From the human T2T-CHM13v2.0 reference genome, Homo sapiens: a DNA stretch of 64,000 nucleotides. The notes under the pieces were generated by a model. It was not told the DNA's origin and searched no databases. It worked only from the letters and a program-made list of their open reading frames with translations. Positions 16,240-30,115 of the stretch are shown here, piece by piece. Each line of letters begins with the position of its first letter. Position 1 is the first letter of the stretch. The stretch lies in the NCBI RefSeq assembly GCF_009914755.1, contig NC_060932.1, one strand, 5' to 3'. A program made the translations under genes and the position numbers.

Positions 16240-16552
16240 TTTTTTTTTTACTTTGTTTATGTATTTATTTCCTAAGACAGGGTCTCCCTCTATTACCCAA
16301 GCTGGAGTGTAGTGACACCATTACCACTCACTGTGGGCTTGATCTCCTGGTCTCAGCCATTCTTCCATCTCAGCCTCCTGAGCATCTGGGACCTCAGGTG
16401 CAGACCACCACACCTGGCTATTTTTTTTTCTTTTTGGAGATAGAGTCTCACGACGTTGCCCAGGCTGGTCTCAAACTCCTGGGCCCAAGCAGTCCTCCTG
16501 TCTTACTCTCCCAAAGTACTGGGATCCCAGGCATGAACAACAATGCTCAGCA
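16240..16552 (-). mobile_element. Diverged AluJ
   Basis: agacagggtctccctctattacccaagctggagtgtagtg...ctcctgggcccaagcagtcctcctg (J-type diagnostics). Confidence 0.85.
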
Positions 16553-16709
16553 ATGACCCATTTTTAAATGTCTAGGGCCACCTCTTATCTCGCCCAGGCT
16601 GTTTTCACTGCCATTCCCTCCACATTTTGTTCTAATGGCATGCTAGTTTTCTGGGTTTCCTCTTCTTCTTCTGCCTCTCCTCTATTCCATATTATGCTTT
16701 TTGACTCAA

Positions 16710-17273
16710 CAAAAGTTGCAACCATATATCCCATCTCACATGCTCTTCTACCATGTAACTCTGCCATGCTCCCAACCAGAGTGGCAGTTTCTGCCTCGCC
16801 CCTGGACTACTCAGCCTGCGACGGCTCCACCCCAGCAGGGCATAGAGAGAGTAATTATGTTCCCTGCAAAGCAGCTTCCACCTCCTCCACTGGACGCTGC
16901 TTTTGGAAACCTGAGCTGACAGGTGAGAGGTTCGACTCCCCTGAGCCACAGTACTGTGAGGAAGTCTTGATCACCTGGAGAGGTTGTGACAGATGCTCTG
17001 GTCACCAGCCCTGAATGAAGCCCCATCTGTAAAAACCAAAAGTGCCATCTGTAAAAACCGAAAATAGCAGGCCCGAGGTGCCTGCTATTGAGTCACCCCA
17101 ATTGGTTGAGTCTTCCCAGTTGAGGTCCCAGACACCCTGGAGCAGAGGCGAGCCACCCCTGCCATGCACTGTCCCAGTTCCTGACCCACAGAATTCGTGA
17201 GCACAATAAAATAGTTGTTTTATGTCACTAAGTTTTAGGATCTTTGCTCCACAGCAATATAGCAACAGGAACA
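16710..17273 (+). mobile_element. MLT1G/H-like MaLR LTR
   Basis: ccagacaccctggagcagaggcgagcc...ttcctgacccacagaattcgtgagcacaataaaatagttgttttatgtcactaagttttagg. Confidence 0.7.
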
Positions 17274-17639
17274 TCTCTTCCCTGCTCTCTCAGAGGCAAA
17301 GAAAAAATTCCCTTCATTTTCCTCAGCAGAGCTGTGCAGTCGGTTCTTTCGTTGTCTCAGTCCCTGCCCTCAGGGTCTCACATTCTACCCCAAGTGGCTT
17401 GTGAAGGTATTTTCTTAAACAAAGCTTGGAGGTGCTCTGATGCCAGCAATTAAGATAACAAAGTGTTTTATCTCTGCCAAGTTTTTTAGTACTTTGCACA
17501 TAAGACGCTTAATGAATGTTGGTTTTAAATTCCGTATTCTTCTTTGAACTCATGGGGAGTGGGAAGGTGAGTAGAAGGCTGGAATAGGGAATAATCTGAG
17601 GATTCCAGAAATATGCATTGGCTCACATTGAACTCAGCA

Positions 17640-18290
17640 TCTGTAGCAAGTAGGATCCAGCAATCAAAGAGCTTCTACTGAAAGTTTAATAGAGGAAATT
17701 TAATCCAGAGAATTAGGTTCAATGGTATTGGAAGAACTGAGAAGCCTTTTATGTAGGGTTGCCAGATAAAATACAGAATTGCCAGTTAAATTTGCATTTC
17801 GGATAAACAATGATTTTTTTTACATGAAACTGTATGTCCCGTGTAATATTTGGAAATAGGTTTGTTGTTTATCTGAAATGCAAATTTAACTGGGCTTCCT
17901 GTGTTTCTATTTGCTAATTTTGGTAACCCTACTCACAAGGAGGACATTGAGACAACTGAGAGGTTAGAACAGCAGGAAGCTTCCTTTGCTGGGGCTGGAG
18001 GATGCGGTGTTAGCATCCCAGGGTTAATAGAGCTAGAACCCCAGGAGGGGCTGCCTGGCAGAGGCTGGGACCAGGGAGGAGGTGCAGCCACTGCAGAGAT
18101 GCTGCCTGAAGACCAGCAAGAGGGGAAAATGCCCAAACTCCTTCCTTCCTCCTGCCCTCATCTCTTCTCTCAGTGTCTCCTATTGGTTGAACCCAGCCAC
18201 AAGCCATTGGCAAGGAGCTTGGGAAATGTAGTTTGCAGAAGTCAGGCCTCTGGGACCCAGGCAGAGCAGGACAAGGGCACAGTGTCTATC
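17640..18290 (-). mobile_element. LTR33-like ERVL LTR interrupted by MER53
   Basis: cctattggttgaacccagccacaagccattggcaaggagcttgggaaatgtagtttgcag is typical of LTR33 in reverse orientation. Confidence 0.55.
17754..17931. mobile_element. MER53 palindromic hAT MITE
   Basis: Terminal inverted repeats tagggttgcca / tggtaacccta and internal arms ccagttaaatttgcatttcggataaacaa / ttgtttatctgaaatgcaaatttaactgg. Confidence 0.85.
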
Positions 18291-18446
18291 CTGTAAGTGT
18301 CACTATATTTACCAAAAATGTGATATCAGACTTCCACAGCCATTTCTTGAGCTCTCCCAATATTTGTGGCTCCATATTAAGCAAACTCTATTACTTCCCT
18401 CAATCCTTAACCAAATGAGGAAGGCACTATTTTTCCCCCCATTTTA

Positions 18447-18803
<357 letters not shown>

Positions 18804-19193
18804 GAAATTTGCCCCAAATCTCACATAAAATATATATGGTGGGGTCAGGTCTTTGCTGCACCAGCAGGGGGTGATTCAGCATGGTGGGCAGGCCGGGGAA
18901 GGTTAGAAGTCAGAGACCCATGGAAAGCATCCATTCATCATAGGGTGCTGGGTCTACAAATGACACTGCCCTGATCCATGGTGCCCATGCGCTTTGGCTG
19001 ATGCTGTACCTGAAATGCCGTCTAGTGCTCTCCCTTCTTAAAGGTATTACTTTCTTTCCAACATTCAGATCATACACATTGGCAGCCAAGCACGGTAGAA
19101 AACAGCAAAGCATAGTATAATAGCCAAGAGCTTGAACTCTAGAGTCAGATGTCCAGGTCAAATCCAGCTCTGTCATTTGCTACTACTCTGTCA

Positions 19194-19235
19194 TCACAGA
19201 GCTAGTCAATTACTAGTAATTGACTAGCTCTGTGA
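19194..19235. repeat. Perfect 42-bp palindrome with no spacer
   Basis: tcacagagctagtcaattact|agtaattgactagctctgtga; the halves are exact reverse complements. Confidence 0.97.
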
Positions 19236-19267
19236 CTCTGGGCAAGATACTAAAGCTTTCTGGGCCT

Positions 19268-19560
19268 CTTTTTTTTTGAGATGGATTATTGCTCTGTCCC
19301 CCAGGCTGGAGTGCAGTGGCGCGATGTTGGCTTACTGCAACCTCTGCCTCCTGGGTTCAAGCAATTCTCATGTCTCAGCCTCTGAGTAGCTGGGATACAG
19401 GCGCCCGCCAAAACATCTGGATAATTTTTGTATTTTTGATAGAGACAGGGCTTCACTATGTTGGCCAGCCTGGCCTTGAACTCCTGACCTCAAGTGATGT
19501 GCCTGCCTAGGCCTTCCAAAGTGCTAGGATTACTGGCGTGAACAACCTCGCCTGTAATCC
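19268..19560 (-). mobile_element. AluS with TSD ctttctg(g/a)gcctctt and an altered 5' end
   Basis: TSD at 19256-19270 and 19560-19574. Confidence 0.92.
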
Positions 19561-22494
19561 TTTCTGAGCCTCTTATTACTCATTTTTTACAGTGCAGCTG
19601 GTGATGCCAACTATAGTGTTGATGATGATGATGATTATGATGTCTATATGACAGGCAGGTCTGCCACGGACAGTCACGCAGGTTGTTCACCATTCAAGGG
19701 TGCCTCTGAGTGTCTGGGGCCAGCCACAGCCCTGCCCGTAGATGTGAAGGTTCAATAAATTCTTCCATATGAAGTCCTGGCCCAGTGCCTAGTCTGCACC
19801 CGACACATATTGGCTGTTACGCATATTACAGAAGAATCTAAGTGCAGGATAGTGTGTTAAGCATGGGGACACAAAGCTAAAAGTCCTTGTGTGTTGTATC
19901 ATGGGGAGGTAAGAGGTGGCAGAGACCACACTATTTTAATGTCTTACACTGAGTTCTAACTTGGGCACTGTCATTAGTCTCAAGGTGGGCAGAGGACAGA
20001 AGGAACCAGCTCTGACTGAGGGGTGAACTGGCATTTCTATTATACTTCAACAAGGAGGAGTTGATCTTGTAGAGAGTGTGGGGAAGAGCATTAGAGGCAG
20101 AGAATAGCCGGGACAAAAGCACAGGGCACGGGAGACATACAAGTGGAGAGAGTGGTGAGATGTGGGGCACCGCAGGGGCGAGATGAGAAAAGCTGGCGAT
20201 GTGAGCCACGGAGCTGGGAGAGGTTAGCAAGAGGCAAATATTGTGGATCTCACTAGGACCTCTGGCTTATCAAAGATTTCAAAGGTGGGAAGTTGCTTGT
20301 GCAGTGGTAGGAAGGACAGGAGGGAGCAGGCTGGAATGAATGACTCTCCTGATGCCTTTCTTTATCCCTGGATACCAACCCTGTTTTCCTCCTACTCCCC
20401 CACACCCTTGTCCACCCTCATCCTTCACTTTGCCACTCCTTGGACCCCTTGCCCTCAAATAGCACCCAAACTGGCAGGACACTGCATTCTGGAGCTTCCC
20501 TGCCCAGCCTGATCCCTTCAAAACATATGTGAACTCTATTCTCAACCCTCTGTGCCCTGCTAGGGACTCAGGAGAGCGTGCTAGGTAATTTACACAAAGG
20601 GGTCCTGGGCATCTGGACTTACTGAGCTCCTTCTCCTAGATCAGTTTTGCATTTCAACAGATACCTTCAAAGTCCAACAAAGGACAGCAGTGTTATGTTG
20701 TTGGGAGCCCCTGGGTAAGTAACTGCACGTCCCTACATGTGGAGCTGGTGGCCCCTGCTCCCTGGCTCTCTGCAAGAGTCAAAGAAAGCAGATACAATGG
20801 TGGACACTAAAGTATAAGGGAAAAGTCAGAATGCGAGTCTAAAGCAAAGAACCCCAGGGATCTAGATTGGTCCTCCTCCCTACCCCAGGTGGACCCTTCC
20901 GTGGAAGGCAACTGTCCAAAACTCCCTGACTGGAGCCTTTGGCCTTGGTAGGGTCCCCTCCATCCCACTGAGGAACATGGGCTCCAAATCTTATAGAGGA
21001 TCAGAATAGGAAAGGCTTTGAGGGACCATGCTGCCTAAACCCCATATCTTACAGATGGGAGACCTGGGGTCCAAGGAGAAACAGGGTGGTCCTATGGCTT
21101 CCCAGTGAGTTGGGATCAATGTGGGAAGGAGTCTCTGACCTTGACCTCTAGTCCCCTTTCATTTGCACTCAGCTCCAATCCTTCCATTTACCCATCTACC
21201 TATCCATCCAACTTTTAAAAAGCGATGCCCTTTTCAATTCAACCAGCCCTTACTGAGCTCCTACCAGATGCCAGGCACTGTGTCAGGCACTGAGAACACA
21301 AAGAAAACACACATCTCTAACTCAAAGCTCCCCATTACGGGAGGTAGACAGAAACAGAGAAACAGTTCTGATCAAATGAGAGCAATAGTGGTCCTGGCAG
21401 CTCTGGAAGCCTGATAAGGGATAGAAAGAGGTGACTGATGCTCCAGCCAAGGCTGGAACGGGCAGGGGATGATTTTCTCATAGACCGGAAGGCTGCTCCC
21501 ATCCTGGACGAACTAGTCCAGTAGCAGAAATGGAGACAATCGCTGGCAGCCACAGCAACTAGCTCAGCAGGGCTGGGGGACAGGGCCCTCGGGGAGAAGA
21601 ATTTAGGGCCTTTTCACTACAGCTTGAACTTGATTTTGCAGGGGGTTGGGAGCTCTGGGAAGAATTCAGCCAGAGGGATAATCTGATCAGCCCTGCTTTT
21701 TCCAACACTCCCACCCTCACTGTGTCTACGTGAGCCAGGGCAACGAGACTCCCACTGACCACGCAATCATGGCCCAGAGTGGCGGTGCACTCTGCATTTT
21801 CCATCTTACTTCGGAAAGTTCAGCGGGTAAAGGGAAGCCACGTTTATGTAACAGGAAGCCTGATTTCCAGGACGTGCAATACAATCAAAGCTCTATTTGT
21901 GGAACAATTCTGTGGGCTCCAATTTCCTTAGAAACTCAAATGAAACCTCTGCCAATGGACAATGGAAGGGCTCAGCTTTTCTCTCTCACTGTTCCTGTTC
22001 TGACCCTCCCTCCTTATTTTTCTCTGCTCCTTTCTATTCTAAAGGCCTGCTGCTGGGAATGTGTAACCTGTACCCCCTAATCGGGGCTTCTAGAAGAATT
22101 CCCACCCATCGAGCACAGGACTGGACAGCTGCCCTGCGACTCAACCTGCAACAGGCTCCTGTCTCCCCAACCTCTGGCGCTGAGGCCCAGCAATGGAGAT
22201 GCTTGACCCCTACATTCTCCCCAAAAGCAGTAAGGGGGCTAGCTTTATCTAAGCTTTCTATTGTTGCTAATGCCCTGTGAGATTCTGAGCACGTCTTCTA
22301 ACCACCCTGGGCCAAGGTTTTGACATCCATGAAAAGGGGTTATTAACACATGCTCTGCCTGTCTCATAGGGCTCATTATCAAATCAGAAAATATATAAAA
22401 TTTTAATATAATATTTATATTCATAACATGAATATTATAATAATATAAGATTCGCATTTAATATAATAAATATAAATTTGTTTATTATTTTTAG

Positions 22495-23805
22495 TTGTTT
22501 TTTAAGTTGAGGTGAAATGTGTATAACATACTGTTAGCCATTTGGAAGCGCAGTACTTAGTGGCATTCAGTACATTCACAATGTGTAATCACTATTTCTA
22601 TCTAGCTCCAAAATATTTTCATCCACCCCAAATATAAGCCTGTCCCCACTAAGCAGTCACTCCTCATTCTCCCCAACCCATGACACCCCTCCCTCCCCCA
22701 ACCCTGTCAGCCACCGGTCTGCTTTTTGTCTCTATGGATTTACAAATTACGGATATTTCATATAAATGGAATCATATGACATGTGACTTTTCCTACCTGG
22801 CTTCTTATACTCTGTATGATGTTCTTGGGGCTCCTCCACACTGCGGCATGTACTTCATTCCTGTTTATGGCTGAATAATATTCCATCTTATGGTACAGTC
22901 GGCCCTACCTATTTGTAGATTCTGTATCTATGGATGCAACCAACCACAGATTGAAAATATTTGACAAATTTTCATCTGTGCTACATACGTACAGACATAT
23001 TTTCTTGTCATTATGCCCTAAACAATATGGTATAACAGCTATTTAAATAATATTTACATTGTATTAGGTATTATAAGTAACCTAGAGATGATTTAAAGTA
23101 TACAGGGGGATGAGCATAGATCACAATATATGCAAATACTACAGCTGTTTATATCAGGGACTCAAGAATTTGCTAATTTGAGTATCCATGGATTTTGTTT
23201 TTATGGATTTTGGTATCCGAGAAGCACTTCCCCACAGAAACTGGGTGATGACTGTATATGCCATAATTTGTTTATCCATTCTTCTATTGGCCATTTTGAT
23301 TGTTGCCACATTTTGGCTATTGTGAATAGTGTATGTGTTTATTTAAGTACCTGTTTCCTATTATTTGGGGTTTATGCCTAGGAGTAGAATTGCTGGGTCA
23401 TATGGGTAACTCTATGTTTAACTTTTTGAACTTCATGTTTAACAGCCAAACAGAAGCTGCACAATTTTACATTACCACCAGCAATGCACAAAGACTCCAA
23501 TTTCTCCACATCCTCACCAACACTTGTTAGTTTCCATCTTTTCTATTATAGCTATTCTAGTGGGTGTGAAGTGTTACCTCAGTGTAGTTTTGATTTGTAT
23601 TTTCCTAATGACTCATATGTTGAACATCTTTTTAATTACTTGTCATCCATTTATATATCTTTTTTGGTGAAATGACTATTGACACCTTTTGCCCATTTTG
23701 AATTGCCTTTTTATTGTTGAGTTTCAAGAGTTCTTTATGTATTCAGGATATTGGGCCCTTATTATGATTTGCAAATATTTTCTCCCATTCTTCAGGTTGT
23801 CTTTT
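22495..23805 (-). mobile_element. L1MB-type LINE-1 3' region interrupted by MER2
   Basis: ttgaggtgaaatgtgtataacata...ctaggagtagaattgctgggtcatatgg...tttctccacatcctcaccaacacttg...gcaaatattttctcccattc. Confidence 0.85.
22896..23254 (-). mobile_element. MER2 (TcMar-Tigger) with TA target duplication
   Basis: TA|cagtcggccct...gatgactg|TA, with internal acattgtattaggtattataagtaacctagagatgatttaaagtatac. Confidence 0.85.
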
Positions 23806-24004
23806 AAAAAATGATTTATAATGCTAGTTAGAAATAATTTTAAAAAGTTGTGTAGTAGTAGCTTTTGTATTGCCTTACTTACTGTTTGTTATTTATTTAT
23901 TTAGGACACTAGCTATGTTCTAGCAACTGTGCTAAGAGCTTTACATGCCCTTCCCTTCCCTCCCTCCCTCCCTCTCTCTCTCTTTCTTGTCTCTCTTTCT
24001 TTCT

Positions 24005-24133
24005 ATTTCTTTTTCTTTTTTTGAGACAGCGTCTCACTTTGTCATCCAGGCTAGAGTGCAGTGGCATGATCATGGCTCACTGCAGCCTCAGCCTCCTGGG
24101 ATCAAGTGATCCTCCTGCTTCAGCCTCCCAAAA
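24005..24133 (-). mobile_element. Partial AluJ/FRAM monomer with CT-rich tail, within a MIR
   Basis: gagacagcgtctcactttgtcatccaggctagagtgcagtggcatgatcatggctcactgcagcctc. Confidence 0.8.
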
Positions 24134-24740
24134 CATTTACATGTATTTTATAATTTATTCTGGAGGTACAGTCATTTTTACTTTAAAGAGGCGGAAATGA
24201 AGGAGCAGAAGGGCTTTGCATGTGTTTTTCTGCCTGCCTGGACATCCTTCTCTGGCCTCTTCACTTGGCTAACTACTGCTGTCTTCCCATCTCACCCAGC
24301 CCTTCTGTCTCCTTCCATCAGCCTGGGCTTCCTCTAGCAGTGAGAGGTGTCTTCTGGGTCCCTGAGGCATCCTGCCCCCTTCCTATCAGGCTTGTTCATT
24401 CAATGATAATGTTCCCCCACTAAGCACCCACCAACCCCCCGACTCCCTGACTGCCAGGACCAAGGGCCTCTCTCTGTGTTCCATAACACCACATGCAGTG
24501 CAGTGCACAGTGAATGTTCAATAAGGTGTATCTCCTAGATGAAGGTGCTCACTGCTGTTGAAGGGGATTGGGAAATGTTTCAGTGTGGAGAGTAATGGTT
24601 ATAGAATAACAAGCCAATAAATAAAATCCAAAAAATACATCACCCTCTATTATTGCAATTCTGTTAAAATACACCTGCATATATAAGGAGGGGGGAAGAA
24701 GGAACCACCTACTGGGTTCTTAACTCTCCCGCCCTCCAGG

Positions 24741-24959
24741 CTTTCCCTCCCTTCCTCTCTCCTCCCCTCCTCACCTCTCCTTTTCTCTCTTTTCTTCTCT
24801 TTCTTTCCTTTCCTCTTTCTTTCTTTCTTTTCTTTCTTTCTCTTTCTTTCTTTCTTTCTTTTTTTCTTTCTTTCTTCCTTTCCTTTCTTTTCTTTCTTCC
24901 TTTCTTTCTCTTTCTTTTTCTTTCTTTTCTTTTTCTTTTCTTTCTCTCTCTCTTTTTTC
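24741..24959. repeat. ~220-bp pure polypyrimidine (CT/CTTT) low-complexity tract
   Basis: Only C and T on the plus strand. Confidence 0.95.
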
Positions 24960-25083
24960 AAAAAGAAAGAGGAATGGCCTTGTATTTCTGTAAGAGAATC
25001 CAGTTAGAACTTCTGGAGCTTTTGGGCTCTTTTGGGATGCCCAGGTGGCTATTGGTGAGGCATCTCAGACTGCCCTCTTTTGA

Positions 25084-25722
<639 letters not shown>

Positions 25723-28639
25723 TGATTCAGTCCAAACCAGTTCAATTCCTCACACACATTATGTGCCTGAACCGGTCTCTCCCCTCATCTCTGGGGATCC
25801 AGGGTAGTCCTGGTTTTGCAGGATCTCCAGGCCATCTGGGGAGACACATGCTTCCTCCCTTAATCCCAATACGAGTCAGACTGTCTGGAGAGTGTGAGAA
25901 GTAGGCTGGACACTGCACCTGGGCTCCCTCATCCTAAGTCTCGGGGTGGAGTGGAGGCAGATATTTCACTGCCAGAGCCCGTGCTGACTTAGTTGCTCCT
26001 TGTGGGATGTTGCTTAACTGAGAGCAAGAATGCAAAGACATTTTTAAAATGTGCATGTTATTCAAATACACGTTCAACTACCACTCCAATGTTTTTCTTT
26101 GTGATGGCCCTTAAGATTTCCCTGTTGGCCTCACTCTGCACCCTTTGGTGGCCCCCAGTTTTCTTGGGATAAAGCCCATTTTTCCTAAAAGACCCAAAGG
26201 GGCCTGGATCCTGCACCCCTGCTCCCATCTTTTGCCACTGCTTCCCTTGTTCCCAGGGTCACTGGTACGAAGATCATCTGCCTTGTGATTGTGCCCTACT
26301 CTCCCTCAGCACTGGGACTTCACAGTGCTCTTCCCTCTGCCTGGCACACTCTCTTCCCCATTCCGTGCTTGGCTAACTCTTATCCCTCACATGTCAGCCT
26401 AATGGCCTCTTCCTCCTGGAAGTCCTCCTCCTCCTGGAAGTCCTCCATGACTTCTCTAGGCAAACTCAGGCTCTGTACTCTTCCTTGGTCACTTGTCACA
26501 CTGTCTTCTGGTGGCTAGTTTGGCCATCTCCATTGGGAGAATGCAAGGATTTTATCAGGGCAGTAAGAGCCTCTGACAGCTATTACAGTGCTGAGACCAA
26601 TGAACTTGGCTGGAATGAATAGATGTGGTAGCTATCCCCAGGTTCTTGTGGGGCATCTGAATCCTCAGGTAAGGGCCAAACCAACTGTTATCTACCCCAG
26701 AGGTTGCAGCCAAGACTGAGGCACTCATGTGCAGGGAGGTTGTTGGTGGTTGCAGGAGGCAAGTCCCCTTCTTAGCTGACAGCTCTCCAGCCTCCTTTCC
26801 ACTGTCCTCAAGCCAATGGGCTCTTGTCCATCCAGTCCATTCACACAGGACAGAATTGAGATCACCCGAATACTGCTGCCCTCGCCCCACCCCCCACCAG
26901 GCCCAGCTCAGGAAGCATGCAGCCTATTTCCTCCTCTGCCTCTTCTGTTGGGGTAACGAAATGCTTGCCAACCCCTGTGGCATCCCACTACCCTGGATTA
27001 CCAAGTCTGGTCACATGTGGGCTCCAGAGAGAAAGAGAAGATGTCAGCTATACCTCCATCTTCTGCTTCTGCTGGGGTTCCGCTATGCTGCTGGAAGACA
27101 CCTGGGCTTTGAGATCCAGCAGATGTGGTCTTGCTCACAGCCCTGCCACACACTGGCTCTGTGAATTTGGGAAGTTATTGAGCCTTCTGAGTCTTGTTTT
27201 TTTTTCATTTTTCATCTCATGAACAATGTCACTGCTGCCACTGCCACCTCCACCGCCACCACATAGTGAGCTTGGTGCTCGCTATGCAACAAGCACCGAC
27301 CATTCTTCACTTCATCCTCACAACAACCCTCTGAATCCCTATTTCCATCATCTAAGGGAGGGAACAGATATCCACCGAGAGCATACTATGCACTGAGGTG
27401 AGGTACCAAGAACCTCATGCGCTGGCACAGGACAGGTAAGACAGAAAACGGCAATGGGCTGGAACAGTGAGAGAAAACCACATGGCATCTTGTGGAGGAT
27501 GATCTCATAGATTATAGGGATGGATTGAAGTTTGGGAGTTGGTGGGAGAAAGTGGACTCAAGGCAAGTCCTCGTGGCTTAAGCAACCGAGCAATGATGGA
27601 GTCTGGCCTGAACTGAGATGGGGAGGGCCTGGGGATGTCTTGGCGCACTTCCTTCTCCATGTGCAGTGCCGGACCCCTGGCGCCTGTAGCCTTGCTCCAT
27701 CAGGGCCTCATTGTAGGATGAGGCGAACAATGTTTTTACTTGCTGTGGAGACTAGAGGTGGTTCCTGGAAGCACCCAGCTCAGTGCTTGGTGGAGCAGGT
27801 GCTCACTGGATATTTACAACTCCTGTTGCTCAAGTGCCCCTTCTGGTCCAAGCACGTTCCAGGCTCTGAGGACATCGTACCAAGTACAAACTGAGTCCTG
27901 GTCTTCAGGGGCCCCAGGCTAAGGTTAGAGATGGATGAGTACTGAGATGACTCCAACTACGTGATAAGAAAGCTTGGGATCCTTTAGAAGGTCTCTGTGC
28001 TCCTATGGGGAAATCATGGAAGACTTTCTGGAGGAAATGACATCAAATCTCGGATCAGAAGTTGGCCAATCCAAGGAGAATGAGAAGAGCACTTTAAGAA
28101 ATACTGAGAGCAGGCACTGAGTCCCAGAGGTGAAGTGCAACATGGGCCCTCAGGGACTGTTGCCTCACTGATGGGGCCTGTGGAATGTGGTGAGGAAGAA
28201 GGTTGGCTGGAACCAGCTCCTGGCTCTCTTTGGAGTTTGGTTTTTACTTTTTCCTCAGTATTAGATAAGAAAGTAATGTCTATCAAGATAAGTAAATTCT
28301 TGCATATCTACTAAGTATACACACATTGCTTATAATTAACCCTTTAAATACCCCTTGTATAAGTTTCCTTATTTTGCAGCTAAGAACATGAAGTCTAAGA
28401 AAAGATACCAGGACTAACAAGTGATCTGCTGCAAAGCCTTTATATCTGCCACCATGTCACTGTCCTTTAATGAATGTACTGAAGACAGATAAATTCCACT
28501 GAAATGTAAGCTTCAAGATGGTGGACGTTTTGTCTGTTTTATTCATTGCCATATTGCCAACCCTAAGATGGAAACTAGTATACACTCAATAAATATTTGT
28601 TGAATGAATGAAATGCTTTGAGAAGTCCATTATCATCTT

Positions 28640-29435
28640 TTAAACATGTTTTTGTACCTGACAAAATTATGTGTATATTTATATACTTTTATTATATTTC
28701 TACATAAATATATGTATGTACTTTTATCATATTTATATATTAATATATAAACATATATAATATATACTTAACATATGCGTTACATCATATCTTTTAGTGT
28801 GTCACGAGAAAACTTTTTTGGTGAGAAAAACTAAATTCTCTTAGCAATTTTCAACAATACAATACAATGTTATTAACTATAGTCAGCATAGTGTACAATA
28901 GATCTTGTAAACTTATTCCTTCTATTTAACTGAAATTTTGTATCTTTTGACCAGCACACCTAGTCAACCTCACCCCTAGTTTCTGATAACCATTCTACTC
29001 TCTGCTTCTATGAATTCAACTTTTTTAGATTCTACATATGAGTGAGATCATGTGGTATTTGTTTTTCTGTGCCTGGCTTATTTCACTTACCATAATATCC
29101 TCTATGTTTATCCATATTGTCAAAAACTACAGGATTTCCTTCTTTTTAAAGGGTGACTAGTATTCCATTGTGAATATATACCACATTTTCTCTGCACATT
29201 CACCCATCAATGGACACTTAGGTTAATTCCATATCTTGGCTACTGTGAATAGTGCTGAAATAAATATGGAAATGCAGATATCTCTTTGAGATCCTGGTTT
29301 CATTTCTTTTGGATATATACTCAGTAGTGATATTGCTGGATCATATGCTGGTTCTCTTTTTGATTTTTTGAGGAACTGCCTTACTATTTTCCATAATGGC
29401 TGTCCTAATTTATATTCCCACCAAGTGTGTGCAAG
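28640..29435 (-). mobile_element. L1MA-type LINE-1 3' end
   Basis: tactctctgcttctatgaattcaacttttttagattctacatatgagtgagatcatg...ggatatatactcagtagtgatattgctggatcatatg. Confidence 0.85.
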
Positions 29436-29611
29436 TCTTGGTCTTTATCTTGATGGGGGAGCCAGTGAAAGTCTGAGCATATGAACAACATAGTCACTGC
29501 AGTAAATTAAATGAGTGGCCCCAGTGTCTTGTAATGGGGTACAGCTATACCCTTGCCGTGGCTTCCTAGTGCGAAGAGAGTCTTTCCTCATCATTGACGC
29601 TGGGCTATCTT

Positions 29612-30115
29612 TTCTAGTTATCCATTGCTATGTAACAAACTACTCCAAACCTTAGTGGCTCAAAAAAAAGAACAAACTAAACCCAAACAAAAAACTAATT
29701 TACCCAGCTCACAAACTTGCAATTAGGATAGGTCTTGGTGGGCATGATTCATCTCTGTTCCACATGATAGCAGTTGGAGCAGCTCAATGGGGACTGGAGA
29801 ATACTCTTCCAACATGGCACCCTCACCTGGTTGGTGAGTTGGTATTGGCTTTGATTCCTGTCCATATGGTCCTCTCTGTGGGGCTGCTGGAGCTTCCTTG
29901 CACTGTCATGGCCAGCTCCCAAGAGTAAGTGTCCCCAGAAACAGAAGTTGGAAGCTTCCAGACTCTTAAGGCCTGAACCCAAAACTGGCATAGGCTTCCC
30001 TGCCATTTTATATTAGTTGAAGGAGTCAAAGGAGCTTGTGCAGATTCAAGGGAATCTGAAGGAACACTCGATGGGAGGAATGTCAGAGAAGTGGTCATCT
30101 TTAATCTGTCTCATC
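29612..30115 (-). mobile_element. MLT1G/H-like LTR, apparently nested in another MLT1 (29500-30373)
   Basis: ccattgctatgtaacaaactactccaaaccttagtggctcaaaa...catctctgttccacatg...gcagattcaagg. Confidence 0.65.
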
